Source: Candidatus Heimdallarchaeota archaeon (GTDB taxonomy: Archaea; Asgardarchaeota; Heimdallarchaeia; Heimdallarchaeales; Heimdallarchaeaceae). Taken from it: DNA of 24,000 nucleotides. The translations under genes were made by a program, and so were the position numbers. Position 1 is the stretch's first letter, and every line of letters begins with the position of its first letter. The stretch lies in the NCBI GenBank assembly GCA_019057375.1, contig DXJF01000011.1:20886-44885 (forward strand), written 5' to 3'. Of this stretch, positions 7,103 to 15,413 are shown one piece after another. A model generated the notes under the pieces. It was not told where the DNA came from and did not search any database. It worked only from the letters and a program-made list of their open reading frames with translations.

Positions 7103-9379
7103 TTAATCTTCAGTTTTTTCAGGTACAGGATAGTTGTTGTTAACTTCAGCAGAAAGTTGTTCAATATCTTCTGGATAAATTACTTCATAAATCCTAACTA
7201 GTGGAAAATATCTGGAATCTGCTGGGCCTCTAGCTAGACCATAGCTTCTGAACACTTCACTGAAGTATGTTATACCATCTGGACCTTTAAGGTCATAAAC
7301 AGGATTTTGTGCTGCATCAACTAACAATCCAGGATAATCACTTATAGGAGATCCAGTTCCAGGTGTGTCTGGAAATGCAAAACCAGTAGCTTGGTCATAA
7401 GCTGATAGTCTATAAAGAACTGAAGAGTAGAATGGTTCTAGATATTGGAATTGTGTTTTTGCTTCATTTAAACCATAGAAAGCTTCTTCAGTCATCCCAT
7501 ATCTTGGTACTGTAGATTCAGCGATTTTTATACACCATAGTGCCTTTCCTAAGTCTGAACCAAGACCTGGAATTCCAGCTTGAGTATTAACTAGGACATA
7601 TTTTACATTGTATTTATACATCAGTTTAACTGACTCGGTAAAGTTCCACATTAACATGGTTCCTACCATACCGATTTGAGTTTTATTCGTAGTTGCATTA
7701 TCTACAAGCGACGTTGCATTACCGTAATTCGTAATCCAATAACCATAATCCCACCAACTCATAACGACAGGGGCACTATTTGCAACTATACCTTGTCCTT
7801 GAGCATTGTTTCTTAACCACAATAAGGCTTCTTGCCAGTCTGAAGATGGAGTACCAATCTCCCCGTAAATTACTGGGGCCATCTCGGACATAGAATATTG
7901 TTCGGCTAATTTTACGCTTTGGAAAGTAAATGTAATAAGTAAACCGAATATTACCGAATAAGCTACAATAGCTTCATCTCTACCTATCGATTTCGTGATT
8001 CTTAATTTTCTTTTAGTCAGAGCAATTTTACCATGAGCACTTAAAGAGTAAGTATAAAGTAATTTATCAATAGCAAGTGCGCTTAATAATGAAGCAGCTG
8101 GAGATAACAATAATACCAACCTTACCATTGATCCTGAGAAGTAAATTGTAGTTACTCCAAGAGTAAGGATGATTATATTTACATCTGTTGGTTTTTTAAT
8201 ACAGTAATATAATCCTAAGGGAATCAGGAACATCATAATATGAATACTATTGAAGAGCTCAGCCCAAGTCATGGGTTGATGTTCGCTTACCGAGGAAATA
8301 ATCGGAATTCCTGACCGATTTCCTGGCAGAATAACTGCCCAGAATTTAGCAGCAATATTTGTGAACATACCTAAGGACAGAAATACTGTGATTAGAATAG
8401 CTAACAAAAACAGTACCGTTATTGAACCTATAATTATAACTTGTTTAAACGTTTTTTCACTTAGACTTCGGGAAAGGTTCTGTACTATTCCTACCAAAAC
8501 TAGAAAGCCAATCATCAAAATAGGAATCATGACTTCAATATTGTAGAACTTGTTAATCATTACTCTAGGCACCAAGAATCCTATCATTAATGCCGTGACA
8601 ATCGTAATAGTATAAGCTTTAATCAGTTTGAATGTAAGTTTCCTTGTTAAAACTAGGAAGAAAGCTGCTAAAGGCAATAGATCTAAGACATATCTATAAG
8701 CACCCCAACTTCCAATCAATAAAGCTAAACTTACACCTGCTAAAAATGATGAAATGGTACCACCACGTTTTATTGCTCGTATAAAGAAATACAAGGTTAA
8801 AACTGTAAATAGAATCCCTACTGATTCATTGTCAAAGAACCCAGCCGTGCTTCTTGATACAAAAGCAGGGACAAAAGCCATGAAGAAAGCCGTGAATAAT
8901 CCGGTTCTATTGCTAACTGCTTCTTTTCCTAGGAAATAAGAGGCAAGAATTGTAAAGAACCCATAAAATACTGGACTAAAGTATGCTACTTGTATAATTG
9001 TTACATCGATGGAAAATATGCCTAATAGTCCTTTAATGATAACTGCACTTACAGGAACTCCCCAATATAATTCTCTTCCTGTATGGAAACCGTAAGGATA
9101 CCAAGAATTATTTTTGAACCAATGTATGAATGCTATAAAACCATTTTCACTAATATATTCCGCACTTACTAACTGAACATATGGATCAAATGCTTTGATT
9201 AGTGGATCATATCCTTTCATCAAAGAAAATAATCTAATCATAATACCTGCCGCGAGAATAATCAATAGACTTAGTCTATTAAGAAGAGCTTCTCTATTTA
9301 TTTCATAATCTTCGAAATGATTAACGATTTTTTTCCAAAAGCGTCCTAGCATTCCGGATATACCTGTATCGCTTGACAT
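7103..9379 (-). CDS. aglB: Oligosaccharyltransferase catalytic subunit STT3/AglB
   Basis: 758 aa with a polytopic N-terminal half. Hallmark motifs: AFDPY (EL1 acidic motif), FFDNES, SVSEHQPMTW (EL5), SWWDYGYWI (WWDYG) and VDNATTNKTQIG. AGGTGA SD 7 nt upstream of the ATG. Confidence 0.95.
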   Translation of the reverse strand: MSSDTGISGMLGRFWKKIVNHFEDYEINREALLNRLSLLIILAAGIMIRLFSLMKGYDPLIKAFDPYVQLVSAEYISENGFIAFIHWFKNNSWYPYGFHTGRELYWGVPVSAVIIKGLLGIFSIDVTIIQVAYFSPVFYGFFTILASYFLGKEAVSNRTGLFTAFFMAFVPAFVSRSTAGFFDNESVGILFTVLTLYFFIRAIKRGGTISSFLAGVSLALLIGSWGAYRYVLDLLPLAAFFLVLTRKLTFKLIKAYTITIVTALMIGFLVPRVMINKFYNIEVMIPILMIGFLVLVGIVQNLSRSLSEKTFKQVIIIGSITVLFLLAILITVFLSLGMFTNIAAKFWAVILPGNRSGIPIISSVSEHQPMTWAELFNSIHIMMFLIPLGLYYCIKKPTDVNIIILTLGVTTIYFSGSMVRLVLLLSPAASLLSALAIDKLLYTYSLSAHGKIALTKRKLRITKSIGRDEAIVAYSVIFGLLITFTFQSVKLAEQYSMSEMAPVIYGEIGTPSSDWQEALLWLRNNAQGQGIVANSAPVVMSWWDYGYWITNYGNATSLVDNATTNKTQIGMVGTMLMWNFTESVKLMYKYNVKYVLVNTQAGIPGLGSDLGKALWCIKIAESTVPRYGMTEEAFYGLNEAKTQFQYLEPFYSSVLYRLSAYDQATGFAFPDTPGTGSPISDYPGLLVDAAQNPVYDLKGPDGITYFSEVFRSYGLARGPADSRYFPLVRIYEVIYPEDIEQLSAEVNNNYPVPEKTED

Positions 9380-9611
9380 TGAATCTCACCTATAACTTGT
9401 TGCATAAGCTTGGTAATCTCTTATTGAAGTTGAATAAAGAAAAGCGTTTAAAAATATTACTTATGGAAAGTCTTTTCCACTTTAATTTCTCGACAAAAAT
9501 TCTGGTAATGTGAAAAAAAATAGTAAAAACGCTTAAAGTGGAGGAATTAGCAGCTTTCCTTATCTTTAATTTTCTTATTCCGATTAATAGCATAGTAACA
9601 TTAATTAACTT

Positions 9612-9620
9612 AATTTATAG
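9612..9620 (+). promoter_or_regulatory. Putative TATA box for the Roadblock/LC7 gene
   Basis: AATTTATAG is centred about 25 nt upstream of ATG 9641 with no SD in between, consistent with a leaderless transcript. Confidence 0.3.
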
Positions 9621-9640
9621 TTAAAGTGATTTAGATATTA

Positions 9641-10054
9641 ATGAGACTTGAAAGAAAAATCGCATATGCACTGGCCAAAGAGTTAAAAGATATTACACAA
9701 GAAGCAAAATTAGAAGCTCTCGCTATCTTGACAGCAACAGGAGATAGGGTGGCTTTTTACGCTGGAGATAAAACTGCAAATTCAACAGAACTTTCAGCAA
9801 TTGGAGCAGCACTTGTGGCAGCTGCAAGATTAGCACTTGAAAGACTCGCTTATGCCCCAATCAATGATGTGATGGTTCGTGGAAAGAACGGTTTTCTAAT
9901 TCTCAAATCCATAGGAGATTTCCATCTAGTTGGGGGAACTAGTGATATTGAAGAATTCAAAAATGCAATCGCAGTATTATCAAATCATGCACCTACAATA
10001 GCAGATATATTATCGTATGTTCAGATTGATGAAGACGAACTACACATGGAATAA
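9641..10054 (+). CDS. Roadblock/LC7 (MglB-like) domain protein
   Basis: 137 aa with the alpha-beta-alpha Robl pattern: LEALAILTATGDRVAFYAGD ... LSAIGAALVAAARLALERL ... VMVRGKNGFLILKSIGDFHLVG. The call rests on pattern similarity only. Confidence 0.7.
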   Translation: MRLERKIAYALAKELKDITQEAKLEALAILTATGDRVAFYAGDKTANSTELSAIGAALVAAARLALERLAYAPINDVMVRGKNGFLILKSIGDFHLVGGTSDIEEFKNAIAVLSNHAPTIADILSYVQIDEDELHME

Positions 10055-10074
10055 GGAAACAACATCTTTTACAT

Positions 10075-11652
10075 TTATTTCATTTCTTGAAAATTTATTG
10101 GGGTTCTTTGTAATAATTTTAAATTAACAATGTATGTTAAACCAACTGTTGGATTAATATTCATACTTTTTTGATAACTAGTTTGATACTGAAAAGTTCC
10201 TGAATTTATCAGAGTGACACCTTTGTATGTATCATCTCCCGCAATATGGGTATGACCTGTTTGAAAGATATCTGGTACTCTTGAAATAACTAACCGATCC
10301 TCTGATTCTGGTACAATTGGTGTTCTTTTTCCATAAATAGGGACTAAATGACGATTTTCTAACATTCTAACCATTGCCGGTATTGAAGTTTCATGTGATA
10401 TTGCTGGAATTGCTGCATTTATATCTAATATAGAATTTCCATGGTGCATCATAATTTCCACATTGTGTGCTTTTATATAACAAGGACTTCCTAAAAGATG
10501 AATATTATCTATTCCATAAAAATCAGGGGCGAATTCTCTTTGAATTGGAGTTTGTGGTTCAGCAGCTCGTGTACCATCATGATTTCCAGGTATGATGATG
10601 ATTTCTACATCTTCACGTACCTGTTTAAAGTAATATGCTGCAGTCTTATATTGCAAACGAATATTTTCTTGCGCTAAATCTTCTATTTGTCCCGGATAAA
10701 CACCAACTCCATCAACAACATCACCACCAACTAAAATATACTTAATTTTCTTACCAATCTCGTTATATTTTTCATTTTCAAGTTTTCCATTAACTAATTT
10801 AATAGCACGCTGAAATAGTTTTTCAGCAAAATTTTTTGACCCCACATGAATGTCAGAGATGAATAAAGCATAGACGTCATCATAAGCAAAATTTGATTTG
10901 TGAAAAGGAATATCTGGCCAAAGGACATCATCTACACTTAGTCTATCCTTCCACCAATTACCAGTAAAACAAAGTACAGAATCTTCGAGTATAAATTCTG
11001 ATTTAGTTATCAAGTCTTGTTTTGAAGCATAAATGATTCCTGTTATAATACCTGATGGATCTTCCAAATCAAGAATAACTGTTCCCTTTCTCGTTTTTTG
11101 TACTTTTGTTACCATTGCAATTAGTGAAATCTTATCTCGATTGCGGTTGGGAATTAAGTCGTTTGTGGTAACTCTGTTAGTTATATCTCTTCGTTTTAAA
11201 AATAACGCATTAATTAATTGAAACCGGCTTTTAAAGTAGTTTCGAAAATTTGCAGATGACGCAACAGATCTTTGTATTTCTGGAGAAAAAATGGTTTCCA
11301 AATCTGAAGATATCTTTTCTTTTCTTGATTTAGTTTCTACCTTAATTTCTGATTTCACTTCTTCTTCCTTTGTTTCTTTCTTTTCTTGAATTGGTTGTAT
11401 TTCTTGTTCTAGTTTTTTAGTTTCTTCTTTTTTCGGGAGAGACTGTTCCAAAATTTCCTCCTTTTTAATTATGTCTTCATTGAGAAATTCATCAATGTCT
11501 GCAATAGAGAGAATAGCATTGTTTAGGTTTGAATCGAGAATCTTGTCGATAATATTCTCTACTTCTTGCAAACTATTTAGATAATCATAGGCCTCTGGAG
11601 TCAGTTGGTAACCTTCAGCATATAATTCTCTAATTCTTCTAGATGGAGTCAT
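10075..11652 (-). CDS. dp1: DNA polymerase II (PolD) small subunit DP1
   Basis: Calcineurin/Mre11-like phosphoesterase motifs FISDIHVGS, GGDVVDGVG, GNHDG, MHHGN and GHTHI. I start it at ATG 11652 (MTPSRRIRELYAEGYQLTPEAYDYL), because the longer ORF-track form would run into the tRNA-Arg gene. Confidence 0.92.
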   Translation of the reverse strand: MTPSRRIRELYAEGYQLTPEAYDYLNSLQEVENIIDKILDSNLNNAILSIADIDEFLNEDIIKKEEILEQSLPKKEETKKLEQEIQPIQEKKETKEEEVKSEIKVETKSRKEKISSDLETIFSPEIQRSVASSANFRNYFKSRFQLINALFLKRRDITNRVTTNDLIPNRNRDKISLIAMVTKVQKTRKGTVILDLEDPSGIITGIIYASKQDLITKSEFILEDSVLCFTGNWWKDRLSVDDVLWPDIPFHKSNFAYDDVYALFISDIHVGSKNFAEKLFQRAIKLVNGKLENEKYNEIGKKIKYILVGGDVVDGVGVYPGQIEDLAQENIRLQYKTAAYYFKQVREDVEIIIIPGNHDGTRAAEPQTPIQREFAPDFYGIDNIHLLGSPCYIKAHNVEIMMHHGNSILDINAAIPAISHETSIPAMVRMLENRHLVPIYGKRTPIVPESEDRLVISRVPDIFQTGHTHIAGDDTYKGVTLINSGTFQYQTSYQKSMNINPTVGLTYIVNLKLLQRTPINFQEMK

Positions 11653-11705
11653 GAACAAACACTTTAGATTTAATGAAAACATAAATGTTTTGTAGAGGAA
11701 ATAGA

Positions 11706-11782
11706 TGGCGACCCCGACGCGATTCGAACGCGCGACCCCCAACTTAGAAGGCTGGTGCTCTATCCAGCTGAGCTACGGGGTC
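11706..11782 (-). tRNA. tRNA-Arg (anticodon UCU), CCA encoded
   Basis: Hand-folded cloverleaf: GACCCCG UA GCUC AGCUGGAUA GAGC A CCAGC CUUCUAA GUUGG GGGUC GCGCG UUCGAAU CGCGU CGGGGUC G CCA. 77 nt, no intron. Confidence 0.93.
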
Positions 11783-11914
11783 AACAATATTATCTTTCTT
11801 TGAAATTAATGATATCTTAAATTTTTTGTTGGTTGGTTTCCTTTGTAAAATACTGATGTTGATTTAAATTCTTTTACATTGTTAACGATTTGGAGAAGAA
11901 GTATTGGATAAAAA

Positions 11915-11926
11915 ATAATATATATC
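11915..11926 (+). promoter_or_regulatory. Putative TATA box for the Sec61-beta gene
   Basis: AATAATATATAT is centred about 32 nt upstream of ATG 11953, with no SD in between. Confidence 0.3.
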
Positions 11927-11952
11927 TCTATCTTAAATTGCATTTGATTATT

Positions 11953-12135
11953 ATGAGTAGAAGTTCTCGAGGACAGAAGAAAAAGAGAGACACAAGCCCA
12001 ATGCCTGCAACTGGTGCAGGTTTAATGAGATATTACGATGAAGATTTACCAGGTGTAAAAATTGGTCCTTGGTATGTTGTTGCTTTCTGTATTATCTTGA
12101 TCATCGCTGTACTTGTTGGTAATATCGTCTATTGA
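11953..12135 (+). CDS. secG: Preprotein translocase subunit Sec61-beta (archaeal SecG)
   Basis: 60 aa from ATG 11953: basic N-terminus, conserved PATGAGLMRYYDED, then one C-terminal TM helix (WYVVAFCIILIIAVLVGNIVY). The ORF-track start at 11890 lies in AT-rich promoter-like sequence. Confidence 0.8.
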   Translation: MSRSSRGQKKKRDTSPMPATGAGLMRYYDEDLPGVKIGPWYVVAFCIILIIAVLVGNIVY

Positions 12136-12162
12136 TTATCTTGGTTTAGTCAGAAAAGGAGT

Positions 12163-12456
12163 GTGAACATCATTCTCTATTTTCAAGAATTAATGAAAAA
12201 ACTATATTTTGATAAAGATCTCAAGCGAGGTTTGGAAAAAACTGTTTTGAAACTTGTAGAAGAAGTAGGTGAGCTCGCGGAAGCTATACTACTACAAGAT
12301 AAGGAAAAAATAACTGAAGAAATTGTTGATGTTATAGCATGGACTTTGAGTGTAGCAAACATCGCAGGAATAGACGTTGAGGAAGGTTTTATACATAAAT
12401 ATTCCAACTCATGTCCCAAATGTAAAAATAACCCTTGTAGTTGTGATTCAATATAA
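12163..12456 (+). CDS. MazG-like nucleotide pyrophosphohydrolase domain protein
   Basis: FQELMKKLYFDKDLKRG...LKLVEEVGELAEAI...EEIVDVIAWTL shows the paired ExxE / ExxD metal-binding helices of small all-alpha MazG proteins. The C-terminus carries CPKCKNNPCSC. GTG start; ATG 12193 is an alternative. Confidence 0.65.
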   Translation: MNIILYFQELMKKLYFDKDLKRGLEKTVLKLVEEVGELAEAILLQDKEKITEEIVDVIAWTLSVANIAGIDVEEGFIHKYSNSCPKCKNNPCSCDSI

Positions 12457-12561
12457 CGACTTTTTCACTAAGTTAAACAACAGGACATTGGTGTAATATT
12501 CGCATAACATCTGAGCTAGTCCCAAAATTTTTGTTGTTTTTTTAATATAGAAACAAAGAAA

Positions 12562-12801
12562 ATGTATGAAATGAAGGAGATAGTACTCTACACCACTGAA
12601 GATTGTCCATACTGCAATATTGCAGAGAATATATTAAAGAATGTTCTAAAAGAGTATGGAGGGTTATTCAACTACAAAAGCGTAGAAATAAAGACAGAAA
12701 ATCGATTTAATGTATCTTCAATTCCTACAATAATTGTGGGAAAAACTAAAATTGAGGGATTACCAGAAAGGGAGCAAATTCATACAGCGCTTTTTTCTTG
12801 A
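12562..12801 (+). CDS. Glutaredoxin-like (thioredoxin-fold) protein
   Basis: CPYC active-site motif after the first beta strand (IVLYTTEDCPYC), and a cis-Pro region SSIPTIIVG. The TATA-like TTTTAATATA at about 12539-12548 would favour ATG 12571 (MKEIVLY) as a leaderless start. Confidence 0.7.
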   Translation: MYEMKEIVLYTTEDCPYCNIAENILKNVLKEYGGLFNYKSVEIKTENRFNVSSIPTIIVGKTKIEGLPEREQIHTALFS

Positions 12802-12858
12802 AAACAAATCATATGCAAATAATTCATATGTATTAGAAAAATAAATTGAAATTTCTAA

Positions 12859-13098
12859 TTATTCGTTGGAAAAATAGAATTCATGTTGAGCTATTTCTCT
12901 CACAAAAACACCAGTCAAACCTTCCAGATTTAAGATTTTTTGAAGAAAGTCATCCCAAGAAAGGGATCCATAAGCCTTAAGCCAAGCTTCATATCCTTTT
13001 TTTAGCTCCCTTTTAGCTTTGGAATGATTCTTGCAATATTGTGTTTGTAAGTTTTCTATGTCTTTTTTACAAATCGGACATTGTTTATTTGCTTTCAT
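12859..13098 (-). CDS. Small hypothetical zinc-finger-like protein (CxxC ... CxxH), coupled to topA
   Basis: ATG 13098 (MKANKQCPICKKDIENLQTQYCKNH...) is preceded by AAGGTGA 5 nt upstream and overlaps the topA stop by 14 nt. The ORF-track start at 13176 lies inside topA and is unlikely. I recognise no family. Confidence 0.4.
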   Translation of the reverse strand: MKANKQCPICKKDIENLQTQYCKNHSKAKRELKKGYEAWLKAYGSLSWDDFLQKILNLEGLTGVFVREIAQHEFYFSNE

Positions 13099-15181
13099 TT
13101 TTCTCACCTTCTTTCTTAGAAGGACAATCGGGGGATATACACATTGAAACTTTTCTTCTTCCCTTTTGCCATTCAATTATTGGCAGACCATCATGAATAC
13201 AAGTTTTTTTTGTAGATTTAATGGTTCCCGTATTTGGAACTGGATAAGTAACATTACAAATGATGTCTTTATCAAAATAAGATGAACAAGCTACAAAACG
13301 TTTTCTTGTTTTCCTTGATCTAATAATTCTTAATTCTCCCTTTTTGCATTGTTTACACTCACCTAGTACAATTATATCCGATTTTTCAGAAAGTTGAAGA
13401 TTTTTGTACAAAGCAAGACCTATTTCTGTTTCTTTTTGATGAAAAAGCTCTAGAAGGTCTTTCAGTTCTCTTTTTATAAATAGAATTGTGCCTTGAATAT
13501 CTTTATTTTCAGTTTGAACATCTTCCATAATTTGTTCTAGATTACGTGTCATTTCCGATTTAACTAGTATAGGATATTGTTCTTGTAAAACGTTAACAAC
13601 AGATATTCCTAGAGGTGTAGGCATTATTTCCTTACCTCCTATATACCCTCTGTCGAATAAGGTTTGGATTATTCCTGCTCTTGTCGCTTTTGTACCTATT
13701 TTTTCATCTTCCATATATTTGAGAAGTGTTGATTCATTAAACCGACGTGGAGGAGAGGTAAGGTGTTCTTGTGACTCAATATAATTGAATATAACTTCTG
13801 TACCTATTTCAACATCTGGAAGAATGTACTCAGAAATTGAGTAATAAGGTCTGTAATATCTAATCCACCCCTCATTTAATATTTTACTACCTCTTACCTC
13901 AAATTTGTGTTTGTTTACAAGTATTTGTATAGCTCTTTTCAGAAATTCCGCTCGTTTACCAAAGAGTGAAAGGTAACGTTTTACAATTAGATCATAGAGT
14001 TTTTTCTCATCAGGAGGAAGCACTTCATTTAGTTCTTTACCTGTTGGGTGTATTGCTGGATGAGCTGCATCTGTTTGTTTCCCTTCCTTTGGTTTATATT
14101 TCTTTGCTGCAATTATTTCATTTGCAAAAACATTATAGTTGTGTTGTTTACTTAGCTTTGCAAGAATTGATTTATGTCCTAGCGTCATTGGGAGTTTCTG
14201 ACTATCTGTTCGTGGATATGAAATTAGAGCTTTTAAATAGAGTTTTTCTGCAATTTCAAGTGTTTTTGTTGGAGAAAATTTAAAATGTTTATAGGCATCC
14301 CTCTGAAGGTTTCCTAGATTAAATGGAGGAAAGGGATAAAGAAAACTTGGTTCTTCGGACACATTAGATATTTTACCAGTTAGACCGCTACAATCTTTCA
14401 CTACTTGTATGGCTTCCTTCTGGGTTTTCAATTCGGCTTTTTCATAAACTGCTGTGAAGTTTTCATTATTTAGTATAACCTCACTTTTAATGGTCCAATA
14501 AGGAATAGGTACAAAGAATTTAATGCTATTTTCGTGTTCAACAACAGAGCCCAAAGTTGGCCCTTGAACACGACCTATTGATATTGTTTTGAAACGTCCA
14601 GATACTCTTTTGAACGCAAGACTTAACGCTCGTGAATAATTGATCCCATATAACCAGTCAATATAATGTCGTATTAAACCTGAATTCAGAAAACCCATAT
14701 CCAGGGATTTTTCTCTTTGGTCAAATGCATTAATAACATCTCTTCTAGTCAAAGTAGAAAATTTCATTCTTTCTGCATTGCTCTTACCTACTAAATATTT
14801 TAAAATTAGATAACCTATTACCTCACCTTCTCTATCAAAATCAGTCATTATTATGACATCTTCTGCTCCTTTTGCAAGAGATTTGAAAACATCAGTGAAA
14901 TTTTTTGTTTTTGCGTTTTTGTTTACAAAATGGCTCGGAACCCATTCATAATCAAGAACAGGATAATTCCAAGTCTTTCCTATTGAAGATAATGTAAATA
15001 AATGACCTACTGTAGGTGCAATTACTATGTTTTTTCCATCTCTTTTACATATGTAAATGGGTATATTTTTCAGACGTTTATTTTGTGGTTTATTATTTTC
15101 ATCTAAAGCATAAGCTATTCTTCTAGCTGCTTGCGGTTTTTCAGCAATACCTAAAATATATGGCGTTTCTATAGATGACAC
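13085..15181 (-). CDS. topA: Type IA DNA topoisomerase (archaeal TopA / topoisomerase III-like)
   Basis: Toprim Glu (GIAEKPQAA) and DxD (IMTDFDREGE), active-site Tyr motif ISYPRTDSQ, and C-terminal Cys-rich zinc-ribbon modules (CKQCKKG...ACSSY; CIHDG...CISPDCPS). GTG start with AGGTG upstream. Confidence 0.93.
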   Translation of the reverse strand: MSSIETPYILGIAEKPQAARRIAYALDENNKPQNKRLKNIPIYICKRDGKNIVIAPTVGHLFTLSSIGKTWNYPVLDYEWVPSHFVNKNAKTKNFTDVFKSLAKGAEDVIIMTDFDREGEVIGYLILKYLVGKSNAERMKFSTLTRRDVINAFDQREKSLDMGFLNSGLIRHYIDWLYGINYSRALSLAFKRVSGRFKTISIGRVQGPTLGSVVEHENSIKFFVPIPYWTIKSEVILNNENFTAVYEKAELKTQKEAIQVVKDCSGLTGKISNVSEEPSFLYPFPPFNLGNLQRDAYKHFKFSPTKTLEIAEKLYLKALISYPRTDSQKLPMTLGHKSILAKLSKQHNYNVFANEIIAAKKYKPKEGKQTDAAHPAIHPTGKELNEVLPPDEKKLYDLIVKRYLSLFGKRAEFLKRAIQILVNKHKFEVRGSKILNEGWIRYYRPYYSISEYILPDVEIGTEVIFNYIESQEHLTSPPRRFNESTLLKYMEDEKIGTKATRAGIIQTLFDRGYIGGKEIMPTPLGISVVNVLQEQYPILVKSEMTRNLEQIMEDVQTENKDIQGTILFIKRELKDLLELFHQKETEIGLALYKNLQLSEKSDIIVLGECKQCKKGELRIIRSRKTRKRFVACSSYFDKDIICNVTYPVPNTGTIKSTKKTCIHDGLPIIEWQKGRRKVSMCISPDCPSKKEGEKNESK

Positions 15182-15233
15182 TAATTTACACCTGTTTCTG
15201 TTAAATCCCTCAGATTTAACTTCTTTGAGGAAA

Positions 15234-15319
15234 TGGAGCCAGGACGGGGATTTGAACCCCGGATCCTATAAGGAACTGATTTTCAAGACCAGCGCCGTTG
15301 TCCGCTTGGCTATCCTGGC
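15234..15319 (-). tRNA. tRNA-Ser (anticodon UGA), class II with long variable arm, CCA encoded
   Basis: Hand-folded: GCCAGGA UA GCC AAGCGGACAAC GGC G CUGGU CUUGAAA AUCAG UUCCUUAUAGGAUC CGGGG UUCAAAU CCCCG UCCUGGC U CCA. 86 nt, no intron. Confidence 0.9.
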
Positions 15320-15413
15320 AATCAACAAGCAACATGTTAGAGGGTAAAGTGATTAAAAATATATCTAAAGAAGTTATATATTCTACTCAGATACCTATAA
15401 AATTCAATATTTT

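Noticed and set aside
9390-9593. 67-aa minus-strand ORF just upstream of STT3
   Set aside because: It occupies the AT-rich divergent promoter spacer between STT3 and the Roadblock gene. The sequence is Lys/Phe/Ile-rich as expected from translating AT-rich non-coding DNA, and it has no SD. I cannot support it as a gene.
9380-9640. Longest intergenic spacer considered as a replication origin, given the nearby PolD and topoisomerase genes
   Set aside because: It contains only a weak 8-nt inverted repeat (AAGCGTTT / AAACGCTT) and a small hairpin. There are no repeated ORB-like boxes and no adjacent orc1/cdc6 gene. Two divergent promoters explain it adequately.
11308-11472. Lys/Glu-rich low-complexity segment in DP1 (KKEEILEQSLPKKEETKKLEQEIQPIQEKKETKEEEVKSEIKVETKSRKEK)
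   Set aside because: It lies in the linker between the DP1 N-terminal domain and the OB/phosphoesterase core, a region known to vary. Nothing suggests a separate function.
11653-11742. N-terminal 30-codon extension of the DP1 ORF (ORF track start 11742)
   Set aside because: The extension overlaps the tRNA-Arg gene (11706-11782) on the same strand. The conserved DP1 N-terminus begins at ATG 11652.
13099-13176. Longer form of the small Zn-finger ORF, starting at 13176 inside topA
   Set aside because: It would overlap topA by 92 nt. The internal ATG 13098 has a proper AAGGTGA SD and a typical short coupling overlap.
11706-15319. tRNA genes as integration sites for a mobile element or genomic island
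   Set aside because: I could find no duplicated tRNA 3'-end fragment (att-like direct repeat) elsewhere in the window, and no integrase or phage-like genes. The genes between and around the tRNAs are housekeeping genes with the same composition.
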